DNA of 64,000 nt from Chiloscyllium plagiosum. Taxonomy: Eukaryota. The notes under the pieces were generated by a model. It saw only the letters and a list, made by a program, of their open reading frames with translations, did no database searches and had not been told where the DNA came from. The stretch covers positions 71,676,800-71,740,799 of the forward strand of contig NC_057719.1 in assembly GCF_004010195.1 (NCBI RefSeq), read 5' to 3'. Of this stretch, positions 38,377-52,048 are shown piece after piece. The first letter of the stretch is position 1. Every line of letters begins with the position of its first letter. The translations under genes were made by a program, and so were the position numbers.

Positions 38377-38880
38377 AAGACCATAAGACATAGGAGTGGA
38401 AGTAAGGCCATTCGGCCCATCGAGTCCACTCCGCCATTCAATCATGGCTGATGCGCATTTCAGCTCCACTTACCAGCGTTCTCCCCGTAGCCCTTAATTC
38501 CTCTAGACAACAAGAATCTATCAATCTCGGCCTTGAAGACATTTAGCGTCCCGGCTTCCACTGCACTCCGTGGCAATGAATTCCACAGGCCCACCACTCT
38601 CTGGCTGAAGAAATGTCTCCGCATTTCTGTTCTGAAATGACCCCCTCTAATTCTAAGGCTGTGTCCACGGGTCCTAGTCTCCTCGTCTAACGGAAACAAT
38701 TTCCTAGCATCCACCTTTTCCAAGCCATGTATTATTTTGTACGTCTCTATTAAGTCTCCCCTTAATCTTCTAAACTCCAACGAATACAATCCCAGTATCC
38801 TCAGCTGTTCCTCATATGTTAGACCTGTCATTCCAGGGATCATCCGTGTGAATCTCCGCTGAACACATTCCAGTGCCAGT
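38377..38880 (-). mobile_element. Young CR1 LINE 3' fragment
   Basis: Open ORF LECVQRRFTRMIPG...RVVGLWNSLP; TSD atttccat at 38369-38376 and 38881-38888. Confidence 0.95.
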
Positions 38881-40720
38881 ATTTCCATGCCATGACTAAC
38901 AAAGCTTGGTGGTTTTAAAGTATAGACTGAATTATTGGATTGCATGTAAATATGACCATCATCTAAAATTGAAATATCTTGAAATTAACGAGCAGAGTTT
39001 TTATTTAAAAAAAAGGAGAAATAGATTTTAATCCAAATTAGTTCTGGAAATACTTCAAAACCAATAAAAAGCTTCAAACAGTCGTGTGTAGTCATCAAAG
39101 GAGTCATGATAACATGGATGCCCAACATTAAATACTCATACTATTTGAAATTACTCGACACTGAATATGTGCAATGGAAACTGTAGCACTTCACAGAACA
39201 TCTCTTCAAACATATAATCAACAATTCTACATAAAGGTTACAGCAAATCTCTCAGTGAGCTCGTTATAAATTTGACATGCAGAACAATAGCCACAAAAAA
39301 AGCCTACATAATTTCAGCTGGAACTGGCACAAAATGGAATTAGCTACATCTATTTGCATAACTTACGCTGGGCCATAGTGCCTGTATATCTTCAAATATT
39401 GTACGTACAAAACTGAATATGTTATATATTTCTTTGTATTAATTAATACACTTAATTCCATTCCTTACTCTTTGATGTGGCAGCTTCGCCTGGGTCCTAT
39501 AACTTTCCTGCAATCTTGTTCAAAATTTCTTCGATTTGAATGTTTTAGTGATAATTCTATTATTATATGATTTAATACAGAGCAAAATATTATAAGTATT
39601 CATTTGGCCTCCTCCTGGATAGGATCATATGCAATTTATTCCATTATGGACTAATTTAATACATGAAGAACCATATTTTATGGAAATGGTTTGCTAAAAG
39701 TATCTTCTTGTGACATTCTCAAAATTTATGAAGCAAAACCAATCTGTACATCAAACCCTAGTCAGTTTACTCAATGGCAAGCAACTGATTTCCACAGAGC
39801 CCGCCCATGGTACACCGCCCACCTCTCTCACTATCTCTGACTCACCATATGCTAGTTATCATTGAAGTTCTATAATTTATGAACACATACCTGCATGCAG
39901 CTTGTTTTGATTCTTTTCTCAAGCCTAGCATTTCATTGATGAAGAATAATATGTGATTGAATGAGTTGTCTCAAGTTGGAGTTGACAACACAGTGTCATC
40001 TAGAAGTCACTGTTTGAGTACCAGGATATGAACCAGAATATTACTTCAAAGCGGTGACATATTCAAGATGCACTACATTGCAATTAAACCATCTCTAATT
40101 CTTTTAGTGATTGTAAGATAAAGTGGAATTTTACTGTGTTGAAGTGACAAAACTTGTGCGGTTGTAATGTTACAGTAACTACATAAAGGCTACCCATAGT
40201 CATCATTTTAATAGAGAGCCCGCAATTGGAAGTAATCTATTTGTTCAGTAGATTTTCTTCAAGGTGCAAATGGTTATATTTCTGATGTGTTCTCTTATGT
40301 TGAAGAGCTCCAAACATGAATGGTAACCCAACCATTCCAATGCGATGTTTGACTGCTTGTGATATCCTTCTATTCAATCCACATAATGCGCATAAGACCA
40401 GGAGACACCTGGAGAATCCCTGGGTCATACATCAAAGGTTTTCTCGCTTGAGCATTTGACAGATATTTTGAAGTCTTTTGAAAAGAGTGCAGGTTTCCTT
40501 ACTGGCTGGACCTGTAAACCTTGAAATTCAATAGGCAGAATTCTTTCCAATGAGCTTGAGATGGGCAGTATATTTGTAACCACTGATCACTAGCTAAACG
40601 GCAAAATGCTTTAAAGTTCGATGCCAACATCACAAATCTTGAGCTCAACAACTTTTGTTAGAGACATCATAAGGAGTTTCTTTGTTTTACAAATGAAGAA
40701 ATATAAGACAGTATAACTGA

Positions 40721-40819
40721 TTTGAAACCAAATAATGAGGGAGATCACAGCGGGTCAGGTAGGATCTCCAGCATTTTTTGTTTTCAATACAGATTCCAGC
40801 ATCTGCAGTAATTTGCTCC
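40721..40819 (+). mobile_element. PLE terminus remnant
   Basis: ttccagcatctgcagt tail; tataactg on both flanks. Confidence 0.6.
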
Positions 40820-41599
40820 TATAACTGTGACTTGTTCATTTAACTATTTCATGTAAAAATAACTTTTTGTTGTTTCAAAGCCGATGTTTCAATTTGATCA
40901 GAGTTCATGTTCATCGTGAAGAGCAAAATTCACATTGTAAAAGGGGCAATTGATAGCAGTCTCTGGGTCTTACTATGGTCTAGCATAATATTGGGCAGAA
41001 AGAGTACCCAGCTCTTCTGTTTTTCCTAGTTTGCATTAAAAATTCCACTAATGGAAGTTGGTGGATCAGGTAAAGCCATTTAAAGGAGTGAAAATCTATG
41101 TTTTCTCATGTCCCTGTAATAAACAACCGGAAGATGTTACATTTCTATGGTGAAAGGATATTTTAGGACAAAGTGGGTAATGTGCAAGCAACACACTGGT
41201 TCCAATTATATAACAAGTTACAGTTTCAAAGAATGAAATCTTCACAGTGTAGTATCACGGAGTATCGCAGAGTTAATCTTTCTATCATCTACTAAATGCC
41301 GTCTACTATAAAGTGTTTACATCATTTGCAACCAATTGCTTCCGACAAGATAGTATCAAGCATTGACAATTATGGCTTTCAATTAATCACTTTGTAAAAT
41401 TAACTTTGTTTCTACACACATCAATTACAACATAGCTGGTAATGAAGAGCCCAAGAAAGTACCTATATATAAAATAAAAAACTATGTTAATCTGAAGCTC
41501 TAGTTTTAGTGCAAATTTGGGGAGGTGTTCAAAATCTGGAAAATGTTGGAATGTCATATTTACTTTCAATTATTATTAACTAATAACATAATAGTTAAC

Positions 41600-43559
41600 T
41601 GGATTCTGGGTAATCCAAGATGGAGGATGGGAAAATTTCTGACTGGAACTGGCTGCTCTTTTTTTGAGGTATTTTAGGTGTTGAAGGTGATTTCCTTGAA
41701 TTCCAGGAGCAGCATTTACTGTTTTATATGCTATTGTATTCGTTTTGGAACGTTGGAAAAAAGTCAAAACAGCAGCAGTTTTAAAAGGAAGAAAGACAGA
41801 CAAAGGCAGTTAGCACATGGTCTGTACGGGAGAGAGAGAAAGAACCCCACACTGCTAACTGACACAGCAGTGAACCCGTACATTTACTGCCTTTGCTGAA
41901 TTCATGTATCACTAGACATCAGAGTGTATCGAGGAAAACTTAACAAACAGTGAAATTCACATCTGGTCTTGAAAGAACCAGTTTGGGAGAGGTCACAGCA
42001 AAGAAACAGATAAGTGAATAGTTTTAAGTATAGCCTTGCTGTAAATCACCAATAGTGAGTAGAGTGGGTTCTTTCTCGATTGTATATTTTTGTTGGGATC
42101 TGTCTCTTGATTAAATTTTAAAAATATGAGCCATAATTATTAAGTTAGCCTGGAGCAGTGTTTTATAGAGCCATAAGACGGTGCTATTTTCTGGGTCTAT
42201 GGTAGAGTGATATGCTACTCTTGGATGTTGGAGTTTCAGGAAAGTTTAAGGGTTACTGAGGATTATATCTGCAATAAATGTTGGTTACAGATCCTGACAG
42301 ATCGAATGGATCAGTTGAAGTGACAGTTAGAGGCAATTAGGAATTTGCAAGAATTAGAGGGTGTGATGGATGGCAGTTATAGGAAGGGAGAAAAGCTGCA
42401 GATACAGTCAGGTACATGGGTAACCTCCAAGAAAGGTCGGAGAGGTAGGCAGGTAGTACAGGAGTCTTCTATGGCTATCTCCAAGTCAAACACATGCGCT
42501 GTTTTGGAAAAAGTAGGGGTTGATGGACTTTCAGGGGAATGTAGCACGAGCAGCAAAGCTTCTGGTATCAGGACAGGCTCTAATGTATTGAGGGGTACAT
42601 CGGACTCCAAGCAATCTATTGTGTTAGGAGACTCTCTAGTCAGGGGCACAGACAGTCATTTCTGCAGTCAGCAGCAAAAATTAAAATGGTGTGTTGCCTC
42701 CCTGGTGCCAGGATCAAGGATGTCTCAGACAGGGTGCAGAATGTTCTCAAGGGGGAAGAGGGCTCAGCAGAAGGTCATTGTACATATTGGAACCAACGAC
42801 ATAGGAAGGGAAAAGGATGACATTCTGAAGGGAGAATATAGACAAAAATTAAAATGGTGTGTTGCCTCCCTGGTGCCAGGATCAAGGATGTCTCAGACAG
42901 GGTGCAGAATGTTCTCAAGGGGGAGAGGGCTCAGCAGAAGATCATTGTACATATTGGAACCAACGACAAAGGAAGGGAAAAGGATGACATTCTGAAGGGA
43001 GAATATAGAAAGTTAGGCAGGAATTTAAAAATGAAGTCCTTGAGGGTAGTAATATCTGGATTACTCCCAGAGCTGGTGCATAAGAGAAGGATTCACATTT
43101 TTGGTCATTGGAATATCTTCTGGGGTAGAAGTAACCTGTATAAAAAGGATGGATTGCACTTGAATTGGAAGGGGACTAACATAATGGCAGGGAGATTTGC
43201 TAGAGCTGCTCTTGAGAATTTAAACTAGTAAAGAGCAGGGGTAGGACCCAGGGTGATACTGAGGGAAGAGATCAATCTGAGATTGGTACAGTTGGGAAAA
43301 GAAATAAGTCAACCAGTCAGGGCAGGCAGGGGCAAAGCAGAGAACAAGGTAAGACTGATAATTTAAGCTGCAAGAAGCCTAACAGGGAAAGCAGATGAAC
43401 TCAGGGCATGGTTAGGAACATGGGACTGGGATATCATAGCAATTACAGAAACATGGTTCAGGGATGGACAGGACTGACAGCTTAATGTTCTAGGATACAA
43501 ATGCTACAGGAAGGATAGAAAGGGAGGGGGGGGGGGGTGACATTTTTGATAAAGGATAG
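41600..43559 (+). mobile_element. 5' part of a CR1 LINE: UTR, ORF1 with SGNH esterase domain, start of ORF2 endonuclease; truncated by gap
   Basis: VLGDSLVRG, VHIGTND, DGLHLN; DIIAITETW at about 43430; 5' boundary approximate. Confidence 0.88.
42675..43010 (+). repeat. 168-bp tandem duplication in the CR1 esterase domain
   Basis: caaaaattaaaatggtgtgttgcc...ggagaatatag starts at 42675 and 42843. Confidence 0.95.
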
Positions 43560-44059
43560 NNNNNNNNNNNNNNNNNNNNNNNNNNNNNNNNNNNNNNNNN
43601 NNNNNNNNNNNNNNNNNNNNNNNNNNNNNNNNNNNNNNNNNNNNNNNNNNNNNNNNNNNNNNNNNNNNNNNNNNNNNNNNNNNNNNNNNNNNNNNNNNNN
43701 NNNNNNNNNNNNNNNNNNNNNNNNNNNNNNNNNNNNNNNNNNNNNNNNNNNNNNNNNNNNNNNNNNNNNNNNNNNNNNNNNNNNNNNNNNNNNNNNNNNN
43801 NNNNNNNNNNNNNNNNNNNNNNNNNNNNNNNNNNNNNNNNNNNNNNNNNNNNNNNNNNNNNNNNNNNNNNNNNNNNNNNNNNNNNNNNNNNNNNNNNNNN
43901 NNNNNNNNNNNNNNNNNNNNNNNNNNNNNNNNNNNNNNNNNNNNNNNNNNNNNNNNNNNNNNNNNNNNNNNNNNNNNNNNNNNNNNNNNNNNNNNNNNNN
44001 NNNNNNNNNNNNNNNNNNNNNNNNNNNNNNNNNNNNNNNNNNNNNNNNNNNNNNNNNNN
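43560..44059. other. Assembly gap (500 N, probably a fixed-size placeholder)
   Basis: Exactly 500 N. Confidence 1.
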
Positions 44060-47000
44060 CTTTCAAATTGTTTATGCTTCTGAAGAGTTTGAGTTTAAAA
44101 TTCCTACTTATGTTCATAAAATTGTGATTAAAGTTATTCATTCCTAATCTTGAACAATTATTGGACAGAAACTCAACATTTAGTATCTTGTGTCATTCAA
44201 AATTCAACATGAATACATGCTTTTTGTCTTCTATTCTTTTTAGTTTGCGTTAACATTTCCACGAACTGAAGTGGGTGAATTAGGAGTAATAATCATTCAA
44301 TTCAATATTTTTTTGATGACCTTTTGATCAACTACCAAAAGACACTGCATTTCTATGATGAGATATTGAAAGTATATGTGAGGACATAAGGACATAATGT
44401 GCAAGTAACACAGTTGCTTCCTATTATATGACAAGTTACAGATTCAAAGAAAATGAAATCTTCACAGTGTAGTATCACAGAGTGCTGCAAAGTTAATCTT
44501 TCTATCATCTGCTAAATACTGTCGACCATAAAGCGTTTACATCATTTACAATCAGTTGCTTTTGATAAGACAGTAGCAAGCTCTGTCAATTGTGGCTTTC
44601 AATTAACCTCTCTGTAAATTTAACTTTGTTTCTGCGCACATACCTTTTAAAACAATTTCAATTTATTTGGTTTTATGTTACAAATATCTGCAGCCCTCTT
44701 ACAATGACCCATTATCCTTCCCTGGAGATTGCTCTGAACCAACTGTTAAATGTCACTATAAAAAACCAATTCAGTGTAACACAGAAAAAATATCTGAAGA
44801 GCTTCTACAAGACTCTCTATTGAAAAATAATCTGATAATTGAAACACAAATTGAAATTTCAAGAAAACCTTTATACGTAATTATATAAATAATGTTAAAA
44901 CAATTTTAGACTGATTTTTTTCATGTTAAAACATTGGTTTGGCTCAGTTTGTAGCATTCTTAGGGCTCCAGTCAGAACCTTGAGTCACAAGTTTCATTTT
45001 ATTATTTTACCACATAACTTAGCCTGCTGTCCCACAGTAAGAATGTGCCAGATTGTTGGAAGTGCTATACTTTAGATAAGACACTGTTTGTAATTTATCA
45101 TTGCAGTAATTACAACAGGCTTTTGGTCAACCACTGACCTGCATGCACGTCCTAGCAATTTAAAAATGTCAATCCTTTAAAAGGGGACTGGATCAATTTC
45201 AGTTGAGAAGTAGAATTGAGGGTGACGAAAAGATATTTAAAGACACCAATTGATTTATCACTCCCACTACTTGGAGCACATCACCATCACCATGCCCCTG
45301 ATCCTCCAATCCCCAGTGAAATAAACACGTTCTCCCAAATTAGAGAGATCAGCAAGTGATGTGGAACAGAAATCCATGACAAAGAAATCTAACCTGGAGG
45401 TGTGTAGAGACAGAGTTGGTCAAGCAGATTACATTTTCTTTTCACTGTGATGGTGCGAGGAAAGGGAGGAAGGTATAATGATTTTGTGTTCGATAAAGAC
45501 TTGTGGTAACACTGTGATAATTTGGTTATGTAATTGGATTAATAATCCCAAAGGCCTAATTTAATGATCCCAAGACTTGAACCCAGCAGTGCAGGAATTT
45601 GAACTCAGTTAAATAATTCTGGAATAAAATACGAGCATTGACAAACAGTGGCCAGATTTTATGAATGCTTGTATTTACCAGATTGTCATAAAATTCCATC
45701 TGTTTCACTAATGTTCTTCAGAGAAACAGATGTGCTGTCCTTGCCCATTCTGCCCTGTCAAGTCACCATGATCTTTACCAGACTATAGGGCTGCTCTCAT
45801 TAGAGAGAGACAACTGGTGGTGATATAACCTGACAGCCACCACACCTCAGGCGAGGGAAGAAGTTGAGAAGGATATTCCTTCCAGTATAGGAAGTGAACC
45901 TACACTGTTGATGTCATTCTGTTTCAAAAACCAAATGTCTAGCCAACTAAGCTAAATTGACCACTCTGCCTGAAAGGTGACTGTAGACAAATATCAGTGT
46001 GGTGCACTTTTAACTGCTCTCTGAAATGACTGAGATAGCCAGCCACCCAGTTGTATTAAAGGCACTGATTAACCATTACCTTCTCGATGACTAGCAGCAG
46101 CGGACAATAAACTCAAAGCATGACCCAAACATGTGCATTACTATATTAAAAAATCCTGCTTCAATCAACCATTGTAAATCATAATAACTCTTATTCACTT
46201 CACTGATGTTTCTAAGACACTATCATGCATAATATGGGTGATTCCTTTATCTGCATAACAATTGCTGCAATTCATTGTGGAAATGTTCAGATGTTTCAGA
46301 GAAAATGCTTATGAATACAATCATTCATTTCAGTGATGGCTATGGATTCTTATTGAAATTTCTCCAAAATGAGACCTGTTGCTGTGATTCTTTAGTGTAA
46401 AACCAGAAATAAATTATTTCCCCATCACTTTCTCATCTTAAAGTTTCACACTATAGTACAATAATGAAAATCCAATGGAAATGTTGGTGCAAACACAGAA
46501 ACACACAATAATTTATCTTTGGGTTTTTGTGCTAATCATAACAAGAATCTCAATAGTGGAAAATGTTCCCTTTTGAGACACCAATGGTTTTAAACAGTCC
46601 ATCATCTGCCCTGTTTCTTGCCAAAATAAATGAGGTTGTGAGCTACTGAAACTTGCATGGCACCTGTGAAACCCAACTAGCACCAAAGCTACCTGATCCT
46701 GTTAAATAGATGGAACCCTGACAGGAGGCAGCTTTGATAGACTGTAATCCTATTCCAGTTGTAGAATTCCACTTGCAAATTGTCTGGTACAAATAATGGC
46801 TGCTCATAAATCTATCCCAGAAATATTACAATTTGTTTAGCGGGCCTGAGACAAATAGGGGCTGCAGGAAATACTCTGGCTCATTTGAGACTGTGCTGCA
46901 GCTGATCAGCACTTCAATACTCAGTAGATATGTTTAAATCAACCTAATCAGAGATAACAAATTTCCAAAACAGGTGGGACTTGAAACTGGGCCTTCTGGC

Positions 47001-47789
47001 TCAGCAATGCAGGCACTGCTTTTGGAGGTCTGCTCTCTCAGTTTGTGTCTTTGCTATTAAAGGTTACTTTGCTGATTACAAGCTCTGTCCTTTATTGCAG
47101 TCATGACCAAAAGAGTTTAGCAAAACGTTCTGGAGATATACTTAAGCTGTGCCATTTATTGTAGAATCATAGAACCTTACAGCACAGAAATAGGTCAGGT
47201 CAGTTCATTGTGCTGTTCCCTCTTTGTGAGCAAGGTATCAAATTAAACCTCCTCTTCTGCTTTCTCCACGTGGCTCTGCATTTCTTTCTACATCAGATTT
47301 TACCCAATTTCCTTTTAAAGTTATTCAAGAATCATACAAGCCCCCTGTTGGGCCATGGATTCCAATTCTAACATATCACTCCATATGATGCCTGTTTCCA
47401 CAGTAAATTAGTTTGTGGAGGGTCATTTTGTATTATTAAGTGTTGAAGGTAAACTGTAGCGTGCCTGCCAGGCATGTACATTATCATTTTAGGAGCTTAG
47501 TGAATTTCTTCGTCAACTAAGTTATAGATCCAGAAATGTGTATCTGGATATGGGGCGCAGTGGTGATGTTACTGAATTAGCAATTCAAAGCTACAGGTTA
47601 AGTTTCCGGAGATGATATTCAAATCCCATCCTAGCATTTTTCAAACTTGAAATTAGTTTAAAACATATGTCATTCAAAAGCTGGTCTCAGTAAAATTATT
47701 CATTGGATTGTCATTTTTAAAAGCCCCCTTCATTCACTAATGTCGCTGAGGCAAGGAAATCCCATATCTTTATCTGTCTTACTTAGAAG

Positions 47790-48080
47790 TTAGAACTTGG
47801 AATCTGTACAGTGCAGAAGGAGGCCATTCAGCCCATCAAGTCTGCACCGATCCTCCTAGGGGCATCCAACCCACACCTACTCCCTATCCCTGTAACCACC
47901 ATAGCCAACCCACCCAACCTACACATCCCTGAACACTATGGGCAATTTAGCATGCCCAGTTCACCTGATCTGCACATTTTTGCACTGTGGGAGGAAACGG
48001 AAGCACCAAGAGGAAACCCACGCAGACACGGGAAGAATTTGCAAACTCTTCACACGTTGTGAAGCAGCAGGGCTAATCAC
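47790..48080 (-). mobile_element. HE1-like SINE, decayed
   Basis: gggcaatttagcatg...tgggaggaaacggaagcacc...gcaaactc. Confidence 0.8.
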
Positions 48081-48379
48081 TGAGGACTTATATGTCACTC
48101 CAGATTCTCATCAACTATTTGCTGTAATGATATTAAAACTCTTATTAAGATCCTCAAAATTATCTCATACCATTTCAATGTGGTGTTAGTATCCACAGAC
48201 CCCAATGCACAGGATTAAATAAATCAATGCAGCACATAAATGAAAAGATTAAAGTAATTGCTAAAATAATCTAAACCCATGAGAATTTTTGTATGTATCA
48301 TGTGGTTAGGATCTGGAATGTGCTGCCTAAAACGGTGATGGAGGCAGATCCCATTGTCGCTTTCATAGGAATATACCAG

Positions 48380-49320
48380 TTAGGAACAGGAGTAGGTCGA
48401 TTGACCCTTTGAGCCCACTTCACCATCCTGTAAGATCATGGTTAATCTGATAGTAGCCTCAATCCAATATTCCCACCTATATCCAGTAACGTTGGACTCC
48501 CTTGCCTTAAAAGGCTTCAACGTGTCCCATATCCACTGCTCTCTGGGGAAAAGAATTCCAAATACTCTCAACTCTGAGAAATAAAATCCTCCTCATCTCA
48601 AACTTCCATGGGAGATGCTTTTTTTAAAAAATGTGACCTCTAGTTCTCATCTTGCCTTCACAGGAAAACATTCTTTCAGCAGCCTCCCCTATCAAGTTTC
48701 CTCAGGATCTTTCATGTTTCAATAAGACAAACTCTTATTTTTCTAAACTCCAACGGACACGATAAATCCCCTATCTCCACCACCTCAGGTTTCAGCTAAG
48801 TGAACCTTCTGTGAACTGTTTCCAATGAATTTGCATTATTTCTTCAGTAAAGAGACCCAAACTGCACACAGTATGCCATATGTGGCCTCACCAACATTCA
48901 ATCCAAATGTAACAAAATTCCGAGTTTCCATTCCATTCCTCTAACAGTAAACAATAACATTCCATTTGGCTTCTGAATCATTTGCTGATTCTTCATACTA
49001 CTTCGGTCAGATTCATGTACCAGGACACCTTGGTCCTCCATACCTCGGAGTTCTGCAATCTTTCTCCATTTAATGAATATGCTGCTTTTCTATTTTTCCT
49101 GCCAAAGTGAACATGTTTACATTTCGTGACATTATGTTCCGCTTGGCAAAAAAACTGTTGACTCATTGAACCAAACTATATCTCAGTACAGACTTCTTAG
49201 GTTTTCTTCACAACTTAACGTCCTACCTATCATCAGGAAATTTACCAACATGATTTATACAGGTCGGAACCAATTGAGGGCTACCTCTGAACCCTGTAGC
49301 ACTCCACTTATTCCATCCGG
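48380..49320 (-). mobile_element. Old CR1 LINE 3' fragment
   Basis: aggaacaggagtaggtc tail, accccaaactgcacacagta-like (YCVQF) segment, cctgccaaagtg. Confidence 0.75.
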
Positions 49321-49356
49321 AAAACACTCAAAGCACCAATATACACCCACCCTCAG

Positions 49357-50190
49357 GCAGATGGAGGATAGTGTGGGGACAATGTGAAGTTGTATACTTT
49401 GGCAGGAAGAATGCAAAACAGAGTATACTTAAACAGAGAACAGCTACAGAATTCTAAGGTGCAGAGACATCTCAGGAGCTCCAGTGCATGAGTCAAAAAA
49501 AAAGTTGAAAATGCAGACTCAGCAAGTAATTAAGAAAGCTAGTTGAATGCTATCCTTTATTGTGAAAGGATAAGCCTATGGCAGGATGTTACACTTCAGA
49601 TATACAAAGCATTGTTGAGACCATGTCTCAAACGCTGTGTGCACTTTTGATCTCCTTATTTCGAGAAGGATATAAAAGTCTGCTGGAGGCAGCTCAGAGA
49701 AGGTTCACTACATTGACACCTGGAATGGGAGAATTATCTTATGAGGAAAGGCTGGACAGGCTGGCCTTGTTTTCTTGCAGTTTAGAAGGCTGAGGGGGTG
49801 ACCTGATTGAAGTATTTTACAACCTTTAACAATCTTGACAAGGTGAATGTGGCAATCATATTTCCTCTTGTGGGGGAGTCCAGAACTGGAGGGCGTTGTT
49901 TTAAAATTAGTAGTCATCCTCTTAAAACAAAGTGTGGAGAAACTTTTTTTTCTATCAGAGAGTAATGAATCTGGAATTCTTCATCACAGAGGACTGTTGA
50001 AGCAGTGGTGTTAAGACTATTCAAGGCTGAGATAGATGAATTTTTAAATCAGAAAGATGATCAAGGATTGTGAAGGAAAGACAAAGAAGTGAAGTTGAGG
50101 GTTATCAGATCAGCCACGATTTCATTGAATGGTGGAGTTGACTTAATGGACTGAATTATCTATTTCTGTTCCTATGTCTTATGATCTTAC
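49357..50190 (+). mobile_element. Old CR1 LINE 3' fragment
   Basis: LEAAQRRFTTLTPGMGELSYEERLDRL; cctatgtcttatgatctta tail. Confidence 0.85.
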
Positions 50191-50534
50191 AGAGTATTGT
50201 TGATAAAAACAGACATGTCAGCAAAGGGTTTTGTTTTGCACACATCAGAACAGACATAAAAAAGCCAAATTTCAAATGGAATGACAATTTATACTGCATG
50301 AGAAAAGGAAATCTATACTACATGATTGGTACACAGACTGAAATTACGACACAGAGGCCGCTATCCCGTCACCAAGTCACCCTTTATTTACATGTGAGAA
50401 GTATACTGGCTGTGGCCAGCCAGCTCAGAGTCAGTCCCCAGACCTGAGAAGATTCTAAATCCCCTCTTCATATTATGTTTTCTAATCTCCTGGTTATTTT
50501 TTTGTCCAATTGAGGAAATCCTAATCTCCTGGTT

Positions 50535-50805
50535 CTCTTTTTTTTTTTAAATAGATTTTTTAATTAAAGACCCCCACACTACCACATGACAGCAGCAGTG
50601 CTTACTTTTCTCCCCCAGCATCCATGTGGTGTGTGTGCAGGTGTGAGACAGTGGTAAAACAAGTGCATAAATCTTATTAATTTTCCATCACCAGGAAGGA
50701 AAACACCCATGTGATCAGTGACAAGCAGTGTCCTTCTCAACAAAGGACAATGCATACATGATCGAAGTGAAAGGGTGGTTCGGGATTAAATCAAAATAGA
50801 ATCAG
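50535..50805 (-). mobile_element. Short A-tailed retroposon, copy 1 of 3
   Basis: Minus 5' ctgattctattttgatttaatc; 3' hairpin and A-rich tail; aaccagg on both flanks. Confidence 0.8.
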
Positions 50806-50825
50806 CTCCCCTGGTTATTATTTTT

Positions 50826-51427
50826 GCAAGCTTGCCCTGCATTGCTTAGACCTTTGAGTATCGGAGCAGGATGTCATGTTGAGGTTGTAGTGGATTGGTG
50901 AGGCTTCTTCTGCAGTGTTGCATCCAGTTATTGTCACCCTCTAATAGGAAAGATATTATTAAGCTGGAGAAGGTTCAGATAAGATTTACCAGGATGTTGC
51001 TGGAAATGGAAAGTTTGAGTTATAAGGAGAGGCTTGACAGGTTGAAACGGTTTCCTCTGGACCGTAGGAGATTGAGGGGTGACCTTTATAGAGGTTTATT
51101 AACTCATGAGGGATATAGATAAGGTGAATGTCAGGTATCTTTTCCCTAGAGAGGGGGTTTTCAAGACTGGGGTCATATTTTTAAGGTGAGGGCAACTTTG
51201 TTACAAAGAGAAGTTCATGTGTAGAATGAATGTCCAGAAGAAGTGGTCAATGCAGGTACAGTTACAACATTCAAAAGAGATTTGGAGAAGTACATGAACA
51301 GGAAATGTTGGGGGAATAGGTAGGACTGGTTTAGCACTGACCGGTAGGACTGGTTTAGATTGGGATTATGGTTGTCATGGACTGGTTGGACCAAAGTGTC
51401 TGTTTCCATGCTGTATGACTCTATGAC
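50826..51427 (+). mobile_element. CR1 LINE 3' fragment
   Basis: LEKVQIRFTRML...SYKERLDRL; tgtatgactctatgac tail. Confidence 0.9.
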
Positions 51428-51485
51428 ACTGATCCAGCTCCCACAGAGCCAGCTGTCAAGAGTGACAGGATGCCTGACCCTCCTG

Positions 51486-51726
51486 TTTTTCCTTTCTCCC
51501 CACCACCCTACCACCTAACAGGGGTAGTGCTTATTTTCCCACAGCACCCATTCCGTGTATGTGTGCAGGTGTCAGACACAGTGAAGAACAAACAAGCGTG
51601 TAAACTTTTATTCATATTCGACCACTGGGAAGAAAGGAAACACCAGAGTGGCCAGTAACAAGCAGTGCCCTTCTGGTGATCAAAATTTAAAGGGGGTAGT
51701 TACAGATTAAATCAAAATAGAATCAG
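51486..51726 (-). mobile_element. Short A-tailed retroposon, copy 2 of 3
   Basis: Same 5' end and blocks (gtgtgcaggtgt, gtggccagt.acaagca) as copies 1 and 3. Confidence 0.8.
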
Positions 51727-52048
51727 ATCCCCTGGTTATACTTTTTTTTCCTTTCTTTCTGCAAACAGAAAGAAAACCCAGAAAAAAGAATCTCAATAAG
51801 TAATAAAGAAAAACAAAAAAAATCAAAACAAAGTCTACCTGAAACAAGGGGGAAGAGACAAAAAAGGAAAACTTTCCTCCTCGTTTGGAAACACCAACAG
51901 CAGTAATAGGACACATTGAACTGCATGGACCACACAGTCAAAGATCAGTTTCCCCCCTAACCCCTCAACAAAAAATGAACAGTCCTTCACACACTGATCC
52001 AACTCCCTCACAGCCAGCTCTCAGAGTGAACAGAGCCTCTGACATTCC

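Larger units (their letters stand above)
41130..44642 (+). repeat. Diverged direct duplication: about 41130-41420 and 44335-44642
   Basis: aatgaaatcttcacagtgtagtatcac, agttaatctttctatcatct, gtttacatcattt, ggctttcaattaa, taactttgtttct shared. Confidence 0.9.

Noticed and set aside
40237..40520. Possible coding exon
   Set aside because: Stops in the frames tested on both strands; no recognisable motif
43482..44141. ORFs of 196 and 219 aa
   Set aside because: Almost entirely N
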